From: Octopus vulgaris
Lineage: Eukaryota
Direction of reading: 5' to 3'
DNA length: 64,000 bases
Assembly: GCA_951406725.2 (NCBI GenBank)
Contig: OX597814.1
Location: 199,454,001 to 199,518,000 of the forward strand
The notes beneath the pieces are model-generated. The model had not been told where the DNA came from. It saw nothing but the letters and a program-made list of their open reading frames with translations, and searched no databases. Positions 12,755 to 26,408 of this stretch are shown here, one piece after another. How positions within the stretch are numbered: position 1 is the stretch's first letter; each line of letters begins with the position of its first letter. Made by a program: the position numbers and the translations under genes.

Positions 12755-13154
12755 CTCTTTTTACTTGTTTCAGTCATTTGACTGCGGCCATGCTGGAGCA
12801 CCGCCTTTAGTCGAGAAAATCGACCCCAGGACTTATTCTTTGTAAGCCCAGTACTTATTCTATCGGTCTCTTTTGCCGAACCGCTAAGTGACAGGGACGT
12901 AAACACACCAGCATCGGTTGTCAAGCAATGCTAGGGGAACAAACACAGACACACAAACATATTCACACACACTTATATATATATACATATATACGACAGG
13001 CTTCTTTCAGTTTCCGTCTACCAAATCCACTCACAAGGCATTGGTTGGCCCGGGGCTATAGCAGAAGACACTTGCCCAAGATGCCACGCAGTGGGACTGA
13101 ACCCGGAACCATGTGGTTGGTTAGCAAGCTACTTACCAAACAGCCACTCCTGCG

Positions 13155-13157
<3 letters not shown>
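12752..13157 (-). mobile_element. SINE family B (tRNA head, CORE-like domain, internal microsatellite)
   Basis: A-box-like TGGCTGTTTGG, B-box GGTTCAGTCCC, CORE-like CTTGGGCAAGTG, 3' GAAACAAGTAAAAAGAG. Confidence 0.9.
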
Positions 13158-13252
<95 letters not shown>

Positions 13253-13289
13253 TATGTATGTATATATATATGTATATATATATATGTAT

Positions 13290-13322
<33 letters not shown>

Positions 13323-13323
13323 T

Positions 13324-13368
<45 letters not shown>

Positions 13369-13465
13369 GTATGTATATATATATATGTATGTATATATAT
13401 ATATATGTATGTATATATATATGTATGTATGTATATATATATATATGTATGTATGTATATATATA

Positions 13466-13509
<44 letters not shown>

Positions 13510-13533
13510 TATATGTATATATATATATATGTG

Positions 13534-13566
<33 letters not shown>

Positions 13567-13585
13567 GTGTATATATATATATGTG

Positions 13586-13618
<33 letters not shown>

Positions 13619-13692
13619 GTATATATATATGTATATATATATATATATGTATGTATATATATATATATGTATGTATATATATGTATATGTAT
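13158..13692. repeat. Long (TA)n/(TATG)n microsatellite
   Basis: Direct reading; source of the YIYI ORFs. Confidence 0.97.
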
Positions 13693-13696
13693 ATTC

Positions 13697-14068
13697 TCAG
13701 TCATTTGACCGCGGCTATGCTGGAACACTGCCTTTTAGTCGAACAAATCGACCCCAGAACTTATTCTTTGTAAGCCTAGTACTTGTTCTATCGGTATCTT
13801 TTGCTGAACCACAAAGTTACGGGAACGTAAACACACCAACATCGGTTGTCATGTGATTGTCGGGAGACAAACACAGACACAGAAAATACATATCTATATA
13901 TACGAGGACGGATTTCTTTGTTTCCGTCTACCAAATCCACTCACAAGGATTTGGTCAACCGGGGGCTATAGTAGAAGACACTCGCCCAAGGTGCCACACA
14001 GAGGGACTGAACCCGGAACCATGTGGTTGGTAAGGAAACCACTTACCATACAGCTACTCCTACGCCTA
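13697..14068 (-). mobile_element. SINE family B
   Basis: Homologous to 12752-13157. Confidence 0.88.
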
Positions 14069-14459
14069 TATATACACTTACAGATAAACCTCTACCCATT
14101 TGTGCTCTTCTGAGCCATCTAATTACGGGCATGCTTAAGAGAGTGACCAATCATGTTAAACCCGGTATTTATTTTTTTAATCTAATAATTATTTTATCGG
14201 ACTCTGTTTGTAGAATCGCTAGGTTATAGGATATGTGACACTACATCATAATTTAGATCAGGCTCAAACATTCATACACTCACACACAAGTTAACATTCA
14301 TGAATATATGTTTATATCTGTGTCTGTGTGTAGATTATATATATAATAACAATAATAAATGATGAAAATCATTAATGGATTTTACCAGGTGGTCAGCGCG
14401 GAAATAAAAACCTCATAGCTAAATTTTACAAATATTTTATAATTATATACATAATTGTA

Positions 14460-14597
14460 ACAAGGGCTTGAAATTTCCTCAAGACACCTAATGAAGGCTA
14501 TCAGCCGAAACGTTGTCTTAAAAACAAAAAAGATGACAAATATCCGTCAAATGTAAATAATATACATAATTCCTCATCTCTTAAATACAGAACTGTA
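14460..14597 (+). mobile_element. 3' fragment of the tRNA-headed HHR element of 49788-50292
   Basis: GACAC-CTAATGA-A-GGCT-atc-AGCC-GAAACGTT...CCGTCAAATGTAAATAAT...AGAACTGT matches the arms at 49.8-50.3 kb. Confidence 0.75.
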
Positions 14598-15084
14598 GAA
14601 GTAAATTCATTATAATACACGTCATGCTAAAGTGTATAAAAAAACAACATATTTTATACTGCATGCAAATTACTATGATAAAATAAAATTGGATTTATGG
14701 TGAAGTCGAATCTATATAACAGCGAAGGTACGAAACCGATGTAACTATAAGGAAAGAAAATTCGCATTATGATACATTAATGGAATAGTTCTGCGAATTA
14801 AACAAATTATTACTAAATTACTTTTGATTGATTACTTGTAAATTTATATGCGTAAAGATGACATTAGTATGTGCACACAATTGTTTTGTTAAAATTGAGT
14901 ATACGATAATTTAACTTAATTAATTTTTAATATAATTTAATTTCGATGAACTAAATAAATTTCTTGTGATAATAGGATGCCTCAGAATGTACAATATAAT
15001 GTTAGTCCAATACTTTTGAGCAACAATGCTAGTCCGATAATTTTTAAGGATTATTATGACGTTCTGTAGCCCTTTTGAGCATAC

Positions 15085-15283
15085 CCTTTTACTTGTTTCA
15101 GTCATTTGACTGCGGCCATGCTGGAGCACCGCCTTTAGTCGAGCAACTCGACCCCGGGACTTATTCTTTTTGTAAGCCCAGTACTTGTTCTATCGGTCTA
15201 TTTTTTTTGCCGAACCGCTAAGTGACGGGGGACGTAAACACACCAGCATCGGTTGTCAAGCAATGCTTGGAGAACAGACACAA

Positions 15284-15341
<58 letters not shown>

Positions 15342-15502
15342 GACAGGCTACTTTCAGTTTCCGTCTACCAAATCCACTCACAAGGCATTGGTCGGCCCGG
15401 GGCTATAGCAGAAGACACTTGCCCAAGATGCTACGCAGTGGGACTGAACCCGGAACCATGTGGTTGGTTAGCAAGCTGCTTACCACACAGCCACTCCTGC
15501 GC
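15085..15502 (-). mobile_element. SINE family B
   Basis: Full-length homolog. Confidence 0.9.
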
Positions 15503-15776
15503 ATTTTTCAATTCTAGCTTCGTACTTTTTAAGGCAACGCTTGTAATGTTTTATATATGTACCGTATTTCTCCTAATGGTGTGGCAGCTCCTAATAAACT
15601 GACACCCAAATGCCGCCCAATTGAAATAACGTGACTGTCACAATAATAAAGAAGTACGATAAAATCGATAATAATTGTCGTTTTTGTTCATTATCATACG
15701 GAGAGATACTGAACAGCAACTAGTATATTATAAGATGTAATATAAAGAAATGTATTTAAAAAAAAATGTTAAAAAT

Positions 15777-16162
15777 AGACGCAGGAGTGGCTGTGTGGTA
15801 AGTAGCTTGCTTACGAACCACATGGTTCCGGGTTCAGTCCCACTGCGTGGCACCTTGGACAAGTGTCTTCTTCTATTGCCTCGGGCCGACCAGAGCCTTG
15901 TGAGTGGATTTGGTAGACAGAAACTAAAAGAAGCCCGTCGTATATATGTATATACATGTGTGTGTGTTTATGTGTTTGTCTCCCCAACATCGCTTGACAA
16001 CCGATACTGGTGTGTTTACGTACCCGTAACTTAGCGGTTCGGCAAAAGAGACCGATAGAATATGTACTAGGCTTACAAAGAATAAGTCCTGGGGTCGATT
16101 TGCTCGACTACAGGCGGTGCTCCAGCATGGCCAAAGTCAAATGACAGAAACAAGTAAAAGAG
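15777..16162 (+). mobile_element. SINE family B
   Basis: Full-length homolog, opposite orientation to 15085-15502. Confidence 0.9.
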
Positions 16163-16474
16163 TAATATTAATTTTCAGAAAATCCTTAGCAAAATCAAAA
16201 ACGGCATACGATGCCATGAAGAGAAGGTTAAAATGAGTAACATAAAACTGTCGAAGACAGCTCCATACCAAACTATCGCTCATTGGTTGATGTTGATTGA
16301 AAATCAACCAATGAAACGCGATCACCACGTAAACGGACCCTTACTTTCATTCGCAACCTAGGCATATATTATCAGACACAGTAGACTCGACTATAACATT
16401 TTGTTGTCGATCATTGCGTGTCTATCAGATATACATACAGGTGTGTGTGTCAGTGTGCACATTTCTTTTCTGTT

Positions 16475-17555
16475 TTTAATTATTTAAATTCTTCCTGAGA
16501 AGAGGAAGTTGGTTTCTAACAAAGATACAAAGCTTCATAATTGGAATGGGGATAACGAAAACAATGTCACATTTTAAACCAGATAAAAGTCTTGCAGAGT
16601 TTTACTGTTCCGCTAACAGATTGTATTTGTAATGCGCGAATCAGTTGGTTTATTTTGCTTTTTACTGGAAACCCAAGCTTATCCAGTTAAGCACTTATTC
16701 ACAAAACCAAGTGCTCCAATTATTATTAGTATAAATGTAAATTTGTGCCCAGTGGTTAGGGCAGCGGACTCGCAGTCATAGGATCGCGGTTTCGATTCAC
16801 AGACCGGGCGTTGTGAGTGTTTATTGAGCGAAAACACCTAAAAGCTCCACGAGGCTCCGGCAGGGGATGGTGGTGATCCCTGCTGTACTCTTTCACCACA
16901 ACTTTCTCTCACTCTTACTTCCTGTTTCTGTTGTACCTGTATTTCAAAGGGCCGGCCTTGTCACTCTCTGTGTCACGCTGAATATCCCCGAGAACTACGT
17001 TAAGGGTGCACGTGTCTGTGGAGTGCTCAGCCACTTACACGTTAATTTCACGAGCAGGCTGTTCCGTTGATTCGGATCAACCGGAACTCTCATCGTCGTT
17101 ACCGACGGAGTGCTTCCATCCCAAATGTAAATTTATAATCTGGATACAGAGGCTGGAGGTTTCGAAGCAATTGTCCATGGTTGGTTTCTTTCTCTGATTC
17201 TTAAAGAGATATTCACATCAGCACGACAACTGACCTCTATGACAGTACATACTTTTTCTTGTCCCACCCACCCCGCCTGGTATTCTTACAATTGACAGAT
17301 GTTTTGGTGGGAATGTTCCACCAGTATTCTTTGTGCTAATATTTGTGTACCTATTCAAGAGCTGGTGGGGTCTCTAAATTTATTCCAGGACAGTCTTTTC
17401 TCTCGAATGGCAGTATATATTGTTTTTGCGACAAGGTCATGTCGTTTAGGGAGGTGATACCTTGATGACATTTTTAAACAGCTGCTAATCACATGTGTGA
17501 TGTCTTCCACAAATATGACATAATATACATTCTCTATTGCATCTTGGAACTCTGA
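16475..17555 (-). mobile_element. R4/Dong-like LINE 3' fragment interrupted by a SINE C
   Basis: VEDITHVISSCLKMSSRYHLPKRHDLVAKTIY; colinear with 5780-6560. Confidence 0.8.
16746..17113 (+). mobile_element. SINE family C, tail 1, nested in a LINE
   Basis: TSD AAATGTAAATTT at 16733-16744 and 17123-17134. Confidence 0.9.
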
Positions 17556-19534
17556 GTATGTGTATATAGGCACCATAAGGCCTTACACTTTTTGTTTCAC
17601 ATTATAATCATTCTTTTTAGAAAAGACCTTTGAACGAGTCGTTCGCATCTTTTCCTGATCAGGGTTTTTCTAGTTTTAGCGTGTGCCTTTCTTATTAGCG
17701 TTACTTCACACAACTTATCTTCATCTTGTCCCGATGTCGAAAGGCAGTCTATGTATATGATTGTTTTTCATTTTTTCCACTCTTCTCACAACTCGATTTA
17801 TCTACTGTTCTTTTCACCGACCTTACTCTGTTACTGTGTTTACCTTAACATTTTTTTTCTGTTTGGCTATCATGTCTGTTCGTCTAAACCTTCCTTCACA
17901 GCTTACGTCGGGGACGTTGCCAATTTGAATAATATTGTAGGGAAGTGTTGAAAATGTGGTCGAAAACTATTGAGAAGTTGAGTGTCTTTGCGAATGTCAC
18001 TCGTTTTCTTATACTCGGTATTAATACAGCTTCTGTAGCTAAAATATATTTAGTAACTACTTAATACAGCAAAAGGAAAAGCAAATTGAATGAGAGCTGT
18101 AACCATCGGACCAAAGCCATTTATATGTATTTGGTTCCCCTCAACTTCGGTACTGGAAATATCTTTAAAATGTTTATTCGATATCTATGAACTGCTTATA
18201 GTTGACGAAATGTTGCGACGAATTTTTAGAAACGGAAATTATTCTAAGACACGGAAAATATTCTAAGAAGTTTCAGCTATCTAGATGTGCATTTCCTACA
18301 TCGCTTTCGACAAGTCTTCAACGAAGAGCTCTATGTGCAATGAGACTTCTATTTCTTATACACGTAGTTCTTAAAAGCCCAATATTCTGTGCAATACTTG
18401 TAGCTGGTTCACATCCTCTAGTTACTATTACTCTCATATTTCTAAGACGATCGGCGCTTACTACAAAATTTCTGCTTCCCTTATAGTAAATATACCGCAA
18501 AATGTACGTGTTGTATATAATATGACAACACATATGTTAGGAATTACGCGTAGCAAGAGAGAAAATTCAAACAAGTTCCAACAAAATTCATTGAAGTTGT
18601 CACAGAAAAACGTGAAGATGTTCCAGAAAGGAGAAAAGAATTGTTTAGAAATCAGCAAGTATTCTACTTTTGAGAGAATTTGTTCATCGATTTAAATGAT
18701 GTGCCATTATAATATATAGAACTACACTACATGTGATTTTGTATACGTTTCTGCTCTCTCTCTCTCTCTCTTTCTTTCTCTCTCTCTCTTTCTCTCACAC
18801 ACACACACACACATATGTAAGCAGGTGTATGACTATGTGTGTGTATTTTAAGATATGATTCACAATAGCATTACTTAAATCTTCACAGGAATGAGAAAAA
18901 TATCCCTGAAAGTGTCACACCTTTTTCCAACTTGTGTGAAGCTTTAAATGATTGGATTCTGCTTCAAGCTTATATATACGCATAAATATTAACTGTACGA
19001 AACGAGTTGATATCTCCTTTCTTTTTTTGTTTGGACGCCTTGCACACCTACATTTTTTTTATCTAACGCTCAGTGTCACTTTCGCTCTCTTTCCCTCCCC
19101 CTCTCTCTCTCTCTCTCTCTCTTTCTCTCCCTCTCTCTCTCTATCTATCTATCTACCTTAGACTACGTGGGCAGAGATAGAAATAGACGGGAGTGCAAAT
19201 GCCTCAGAAACCTGCTCAGACGCTTTCAATTGTCTGACAGGTACCGGCTCGACCACCCGAGTGCGCCAACGTGGACATTGAGCATGAACCTATAAAACAA
19301 AAAGAGAAAGGGCGCCTTGTTCTCATTTTTTCCGAGGTTACCGTGGTTTTTCGGTAGGTTTTTCTCTCCAGGGATTACCCTAGTCGGTGGGAATTTCTGT
19401 TGTTAAAATATTATCTTGTTATCTCTTTGTGTACACGTCCTAAACGTTTTCCACCTCTGTTGATCGGTTTTGAAAAGAAGAATTCTACATTGTATTATTC
19501 CTCTGTGTTCGACCCTTTGCGGTTTAATAAAGAA

Positions 19535-19935
19535 ATCTACCTATCTATCTACCTCTCTACCTACCTATCTACCAACCTATTAATCTACCTACCTATTACC
19601 TATTTATCTATCTACCTATCTAACTACCTACCTACCAACCTATCTATCTATCTACCTACTTACCTATTTATCTATCTATGTACCTACCTACTCATTTATC
19701 TATCTACCTATCTACCTACCTATTTATCTATCTTCCAACCTACCTATCTACCTACCTACCTATTACCTATTTATCTATCTACCTATCTACCTACCTACCA
19801 ACCTATCTATCTACCTACTTACCTATTTATCTATCTATGTACTTACCTACCCATTTATCTATCTACCTACCTACTTATCTATCTATGTATCAATCTACCT
19901 ACCTACCTCTGTCTCTCTATCTATCTATCTGTCTG
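19535..19935. repeat. (CTAC)n/(CTAT)n tetranucleotide satellite
   Basis: Direct reading. Confidence 0.95.
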
Positions 19936-20234
19936 TGTGTGGAGTGTGGTAGTGTTTATGTAACCCCACTTGACAATGAGTTTGACTACGTCCTGGTAAC
20001 TTAGCGATTCAGCATAAAACAGAAGCCTATAAAATTTCTCGACGTAAATATAATAATTTAAGCAAGAAAATTAGGTGTCTTTTTAGGCATCTTTTATATT
20101 ACATTACATTTGCAGAATTTTGGCAGTTCATAAAAATAGCTCGTCTTTAATTTAAAATTGATTAAGCAATCATATTTTTGTCAGCAAAGTCTTTTTAGTA
20201 TAAACTGTCTAGAATGTTTAAGGTTTTCGCTGAT

Positions 20235-21090
20235 TACAGCTTTTAGTATTCGCCGGAATAGAGCAATGATAAATTATCGTTTTTAGATATATTATTTGGA
20301 AAAGTAAAAATAAAACTGAATAAAATTGAGGCAGGTATATATAATAAACCAACAAATTCAAGACAATATTTACTTCTTGCTTCATACCACCCAATGTACA
20401 CGTGAGTTAATGTCCTGTAACTATCTTGCAAAAAGAAACTGCATCATTATATCACATACGCACATCCGGAATAAAAAGACCAAGTTAACAAAAAGATATT
20501 TTACTTAGTCGACGTTATCCACCATCATTATTTAATAATATAAACGAAAGAGCTGAGGAAATTCATGGCAGCTATTTAAGAAGTGTGAAAATGAAAACAG
20601 AAGCAAATATTTTACTGTAGATTTTCATCTCCAAACCTATGAATATGGAGAAATTTTAAAGTAATTCAACAAAATTTATACCCTGGTTAAAAGATGCTTC
20701 TATTTTGAGGAGAATTTTAGTAAAACAAAAACATAACTCAAAAAGAAAACACATTCATGGAAAAATTATCTACTAACATCAAACAAAAATTTACTCTTTT
20801 TGAAGCGAAACTCGAAGGTTTTTGATATATTGTAATAAGTTAAACACTGATCAACAATTTTTAGCTGTCTAGCTAAACAATGTTGATCAAAGTGTGTGTG
20901 TCTTTTCAAAATTTTCACAATAACTGTTCATGGTTTTTGGGAAAATTAATTTGTCATAATATGCTGTGGATGTGGCGCGAATTATATTGGACAAACAAGC
21001 ATGTAACCTATAAAACGTATGACGGTTTACCAACAACAAATCCGAACACTAGAAGTATTCGACTCAGTGAGCATTTAGATACATGCCCCC
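20235..21090 (+). mobile_element. Decayed Penelope-like element ORF: RT C-terminus and GIY-YIG endonuclease
   Basis: KLSFLDIL...IYNKPTNSRQYL..SYHP, RRYPPSL, then VIICCGCGANYIGQT..KRMTVYQQQIR and LSEHLDTC, with stops and frameshifts. Confidence 0.82.
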
Positions 21091-22479
21091 TCCCCCAAAG
21101 TCTCAGGCGTTGTATCTATAGTAGAAAGGATTATCCTTATTACTTTCCCCACCTCCTGAACAATGTGGAACCTTTTAAACATGGTTTATGTGTCTGTGTA
21201 CGCGCGCACGCGCACACACACACATATATATTTATATATATATAACACATATATATATATGTCATGTATGAAGAGATGTATGCATACTAAGTAGTGAAAA
21301 TGTGCGCAAATTTTGTGGATACACAAATGTGTGATGATGCACTACAGATGACCGCTATATAAACTTCAAAGTAATAATGATGTCCTTGCCTTTATCAACA
21401 AAGCCATCTTTCAAATAATCTTTTACGCAGTCCAAGTTATGCTTAGAAGCAACCTTTCATTACAATCCTTTATAAATTTCATCTTTACTCCGATAGAAAT
21501 CTGACCTATCATACCTTTACTTATATGCATGCTTGATTGAACCGAAACAGTTACTTTGCAACCTCTCAACGCAGATTACTCATTTGGAATGTCTCTTACT
21601 TTTGCTCCAATACAATTCTAACCCTGCACACGTATTTATTTACAAGCTTAAATAACCCAGACAATCATTTCATAACCTTTCGACACAAGCCATTGAAATT
21701 CATCTGTCCTTAAACTAGACTCTTATGCAATTGAATTTTCTTACGTCACTTTCATATGTATGCATGAATAAAGCCATACAATAACTTCACAATCTTTCAA
21801 AATGAATCACTGACCAGGGGTCCTATACACTTTAAAAATGCATTTCATCTAGTCTTACATGTAGGCTTGAATGAGTCTAAACAGTAGCATTAAAACAATC
21901 ATTATTTCCCATTCTACATTTTATCTACGTCGCAAAAGCAACCTTTCTGAGAATAACAATGCTTTCTTAACTGTTCACGCAGAACAATCTCTTCTGCATC
22001 GTTTCATTTCCATTACAACCGTATAAACCTCTGCATTCGTCCTCTTCTTTTCCTTTTCAGTATCCCACCTCCTTTTCCCACTAATTCTCCAGTCGGCCCA
22101 CGAAAGGTTCATTTCGCCCACTGAAACTACCCATAACGAAATTTTTTTATATGTGGTGAATATACCATTTTCTATCACACCTAAGTTGCAGTCACGTCAA
22201 CCTACTGACAATGGGAGCAAATACAAACAATTGTATTCCACCTAAGTCGACTGTTCCTTTTCTTTCGGGATTAATAAAATAAGTGCGGTGGGGCCGACGT
22301 AATCGACTGGCCCAATCCCCAAACATTTCAGGCCTTGTAACCTTTAGTAGAAAAGAATATTACAAAGAGTTACTTCATTGAGCAGATGATAGATGCCGAC
22401 ACAAATTCTTCACTCTTTATAATACACAATATTAGGAAGAAATAAAACAATGTATGCCTTATATGATTATCATGACTTA

Positions 22480-22872
22480 TCTCTCTATATATAAAGCTGG
22501 AGTTGTCTGTGTATGGCAGGTTTGGTAACCTTCAACTAGCACTATCTCCTCCGAGTCCCTGCGGCGCAAGTTGACCAAAATTGAGAGTATGAGAGAAGAA
22601 GGCTAGCTCTTCCTTCCATAGAAGAAACAATTCAAATCGGACCATGTTAACACCAAAAATTATTTACATCAAAAAGGTGCTTTTTTTTCTATGAAAATCC
22701 CTATTTTTTACGATTTTTCGACTGCTGTGTCGCCATTTTTCGGTGTATTTCAACCAGAAGAATGTTCACTTAAAGAGAATAACAAGCTACACAATGCAGA
22801 ATTTTTACTTTTCAAAAATTCTAATTCTAAAGGGTCGAAACAAATCCGAGCAACGTCGGGTGATACTGCTAG
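22480..22872 (+). mobile_element. Non-autonomous Helitron
   Basis: 5' TC, 3' hairpin CCGAGCAACGTCGG then CTAG, inserted between A and T, no TSD; second copy at 38724-39111. Confidence 0.8.
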
Positions 22873-23139
22873 TTCCTGATATTTTGGATTAATAAGCGAA
22901 AGTTTAGGGAGTTGATGTAACAAGCCAAAAGTTCACTATTTTCTCTGGTGGCATCTCATTCAAATTCAGTGCGACGACACCTGTTGTCTCAGTCGAAATA
23001 TTTATATATCAACCTATATCTTTGCTTGTCTGTATGTGGCAATCACAAAAGACAGTGTCTCACAAAACTTGTTAATTAATATTATGTAGCAAACACATCA
23101 AGGAAAGTAATTAAAAACACTTATAACATTTATTTCTTT

Positions 23140-23372
23140 TACTCTTTTACTTGTTTCAGTCATTTGACTGTGGCCATGCTAGGGCACTGCCTTTTAGTCG
23201 CGCAAATCGACCCCAGGACTTATTCTTTGTAAGCCCAGTACTTATTCTATCGGTCTCTTTTGCCAAACTGCTAAGTGACGGGGACGTAAACACACCAGCA
23301 TCAGTTGCCAAGCGATGTTGGGGGGACAAACACAGATACACTAACATATACACGCACACACACACACACACG

Positions 23373-23406
<34 letters not shown>

Positions 23407-23572
23407 TACGACGGGCTTCTTTCAGTTTCCGTCTACCAAATCCACTCACAAGGCTTTGGTCGGCCCGAGGCTCTAGTAGAAGACACTTGCCCAAGGTGCC
23501 ACGCAGTGGGACTGAACCCGGAACCATGTGGTTGGTAAGCAAGCTACTTACCACACAGCCACTCCTACGCCT
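23140..23572 (-). mobile_element. SINE family B
   Basis: Full-length homolog. Confidence 0.9.
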
Positions 23573-23885
23573 ATCTGTTTATTTTCATACTAAAAAATTA
23601 ATTTCCTTGACATTCAGAATTATCTATCCTTGAAAATTTTGCATATTACCTACTAGAAGTTCTATATATTACTCTATATTGGTTCCTAATTTGGGGCACA
23701 AGGACAAAGGGTGAAAGGCAAAATTGACCAAGGCAAAATTCGAGCATAGAACGTAATGACGGACGAAATACCACTAAGCATTTCGTTTTGGCGTGATAAT
23801 ATGTTATTTATATTAAAACTCTATATTACTTTAAATAGCACAACCATTAACATTCGGTTTGTGTTTTATACTTTGAAGATATATC

Positions 23886-24340
23886 GGATCTTTACCTTTT
23901 GACCTACAGAATATAAAATCTTGCCTTAAAAGTTTGCTCCCGGCAACTACCCACTGAATAATCTAATATATTCTGCAGCAGTTGTAATATTTCTGGTATT
24001 AGTAAGGCAGGAGTTGTACCTTTTGACCTATAGATTTAAAAAATAATTTTTTTGTAACTAAACACTTTCAAACTTTGGACGCTGGTAGAATGTGTCATAT
24101 AAAATATCTTTTACTCCTAGCATTTTTGAGAAAACTTATATTTACGAAGTTATTTCACATCAAATTCTCGTATTTCAGTAATTTCAACCAATCAATGGGC
24201 GTGTATTCAGCTGAATAAAATTACTGCTGCTGTTTGTCAACAAGAACTTCCGGCAGTGTATATTTCGTTTGTTACTATTGTTTATGTTAACCCTAACCCA
24301 AACACCCTAACGTAATCTGTAGGTCAAAAGGTAAATATCC
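23886..24340. mobile_element. Non-autonomous TIR DNA transposon (GG termini, 8-bp TSD; Merlin-like)
   Basis: 25-bp TIR GGATCTTTACCTTTTGACCTACAGA; TSD GATATATC/CATATATC; internal TAACCCTAACCC. Confidence 0.78.
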
Positions 24341-24554
24341 CATATATCATACTTCATTGTCATGTAGCAAAACCATAGTTGTCTACCTTGAGAACCCGTA
24401 TCGAACGATGAATTGTCATCGACATACATACCGAGCTCCAGTCCCACCTTGCTTCTAATATGCAGTAGTTTATCGAATTGTGTCCATCAGCAGTACAAAA
24501 TATTATTTTATTTCTGCTGGTTACACTGTCTTTGTATATTTCTTGGGAAGTTTG

Positions 24555-25080
24555 GTTAAAGAGCACGTTGAAAGCCTGTATCAATTAGTGACGGTGGGTA
24601 GTTCCTGATGATGAGTGTATCCTCTTGTTCATGTATTCGTGTGTCCTTGGTGTTTGTGTTAGAAACTAATAATACAAATCTTTTTTTTGCTAGGTTGAAA
24701 GGGATATTCATTGTAGTGTGTCTGGTCTGGCATGACTTGAAGGATAGATATTGCTTGGAGTCCGTGGGCTTATGGTATATATGAAGGCGGCGAGCTGGCA
24801 GAAACGTTAGCACGCCGGGCGAAATGCTTAGCGGTATTTCGTCTGCGTTACGTCGTGAGTTCAAATTCCGCCGAGGTCGACTTTGCCTTTCATCCTTTCG
24901 GGGTCGATAAATTAAGTACCAGTTACGCACTGGTGTCGATGTAATCGACTTAATACCTATGTCTGTCCTTGTTTGTCCGCTCTGTGTTTAGCCCCTTGTG
25001 GGTAATAAAGAAATAGGTATATATCGGTTTCTCTTTCGTTGTTAGATTTCTTAATGAGGATGTCGAGGAAAGTAAGTTGT
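24555..25080 (-). mobile_element. Penelope-like RT C-terminal relic split by a SINE A
   Basis: QLTFLDILIKKSNNERETDIY + HKPTDSKQYLSFKSC...NIPFNLAK...RNYPPSLI; the halves rejoin once the SINE is removed. Confidence 0.82.
24785..25015 (+). mobile_element. SINE family A, full length
   Basis: GGCGGCGAGCTGGC...AAAGAAATA; TSD GGTATATAT. Confidence 0.92.
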
Positions 25081-25349
25081 TACTCTACCCTTGTGTTCAA
25101 CGGCGTGGGTGCCAACAGAATGTTTGGGGGCTAACTGAATCCTTAATGCAAGTGACATTTTTTGTGTTTGTTCCTTCTAAGTTTGTCTGGACAAAGTTGT
25201 GATGTAGATATTTTTTAAAGTTGCTATAGTAACATGGGTGTATTTTAGGTTGTTTTAAGAGTGATTGTATATATAGTGGCAGAGACTGTGAGGACTGAGA
25301 CCTGCAATAGCCCTACGTGCCAACTTCCTTTCTCTTTTACTTTTTTTTT

Positions 25350-25559
25350 ATTTGTTTCAGTCATTTGACTGTGGCCATGCTGGAGCACCGCCTTTAGTCG
25401 AGCAAATCGAACCCATGACTTATTCTTTGTAAGTCTAGTAATTATTCTTTCGGTCTCTTTTGCCGAACGGCTAGGTTACGGGGACGTAAACACACCAGCA
25501 TCGGCAGTCAAGTTATGTTGGGGCGGGAGACAAACACAGACACACAAACATACACACAC

Positions 25560-25605
<46 letters not shown>

Positions 25606-25688
25606 GACAGGCTTCTTTCAGTTTCCGTCTACCAAATCCATTCACAAGGCTTTGGTCGGCCCGAGACTATAGTAGAATACACTTGCCT
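25350..25688 (-). mobile_element. SINE family B, 5' truncated
   Basis: Homology ends at the CORE-like motif. Confidence 0.85.
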
Positions 25689-26408
25689 TATTCGTTTTCA
25701 TTATTGTTCTAATTTTATTCTTGGCTTGCTTGATTCGTTATGTTGGATGTCTGTGGGAATGGTTTCTATGCATCACTTCTGTGATTCATAGTTTGATAAG
25801 ATTTATTGGAGAGAGAGAGAGGTCGCCGCACCATAAGAACTGGAATGCTCCACTATTGATTAAAAACATTGTGTGTACAAGTATGCACTTGAATCAATGA
25901 TTAATGACAGCCTTTAGGTATTCCTTCGAGAGATAACGACCATGTCTCCTAAAAACTACGACATATCGTTATTTAAAAGAAACGCGTACATACATTATGC
26001 TGCGAAAGAAACTGGTCGCTGCTGAAACATTTGTCGAACAATGAAACTTTAATGCAGAAACGTAAATTCATATTCATCTAGTCTATTTTGTATCTTATTT
26101 CATTTTATTTTTAAAACCCAATGTAGCTAGTTAAATTAAGATAATTGTTTTAGAAGATACGTTTTGGTCGTTGCGGTTTATTTTAAGAAAACGAGAACAT
26201 ACTGTAGAACATATTTGAGTATGTTTAATGAGTTCGCTGACAAAACCTTTAATTTATTCACAATTTCCATAGTGCACACATTATTTGAAGTAATTCAGAC
26301 GTTGTGAGTATGAGGTATCTGTGTATAGAAAGATACCCTACTTCGCTCTCTTTTGCAGAACAGGACTGTTGATCGTTGCGAAAGAGGCGGTGAAATTTAG
26401 CAGTCTTA

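Noticed and set aside
12928-13856. Long ORFs rich in YIYI/MYV (also near 1.4, 19.5, 36.1 and 37.8 kb)
   Set aside because: Translations of stop-free microsatellites.
19160-19535. GC-richer island with TATAAAA and AATAAA, like a solo LTR
   Set aside because: No TG...CA ends, TSD or second copy visible.
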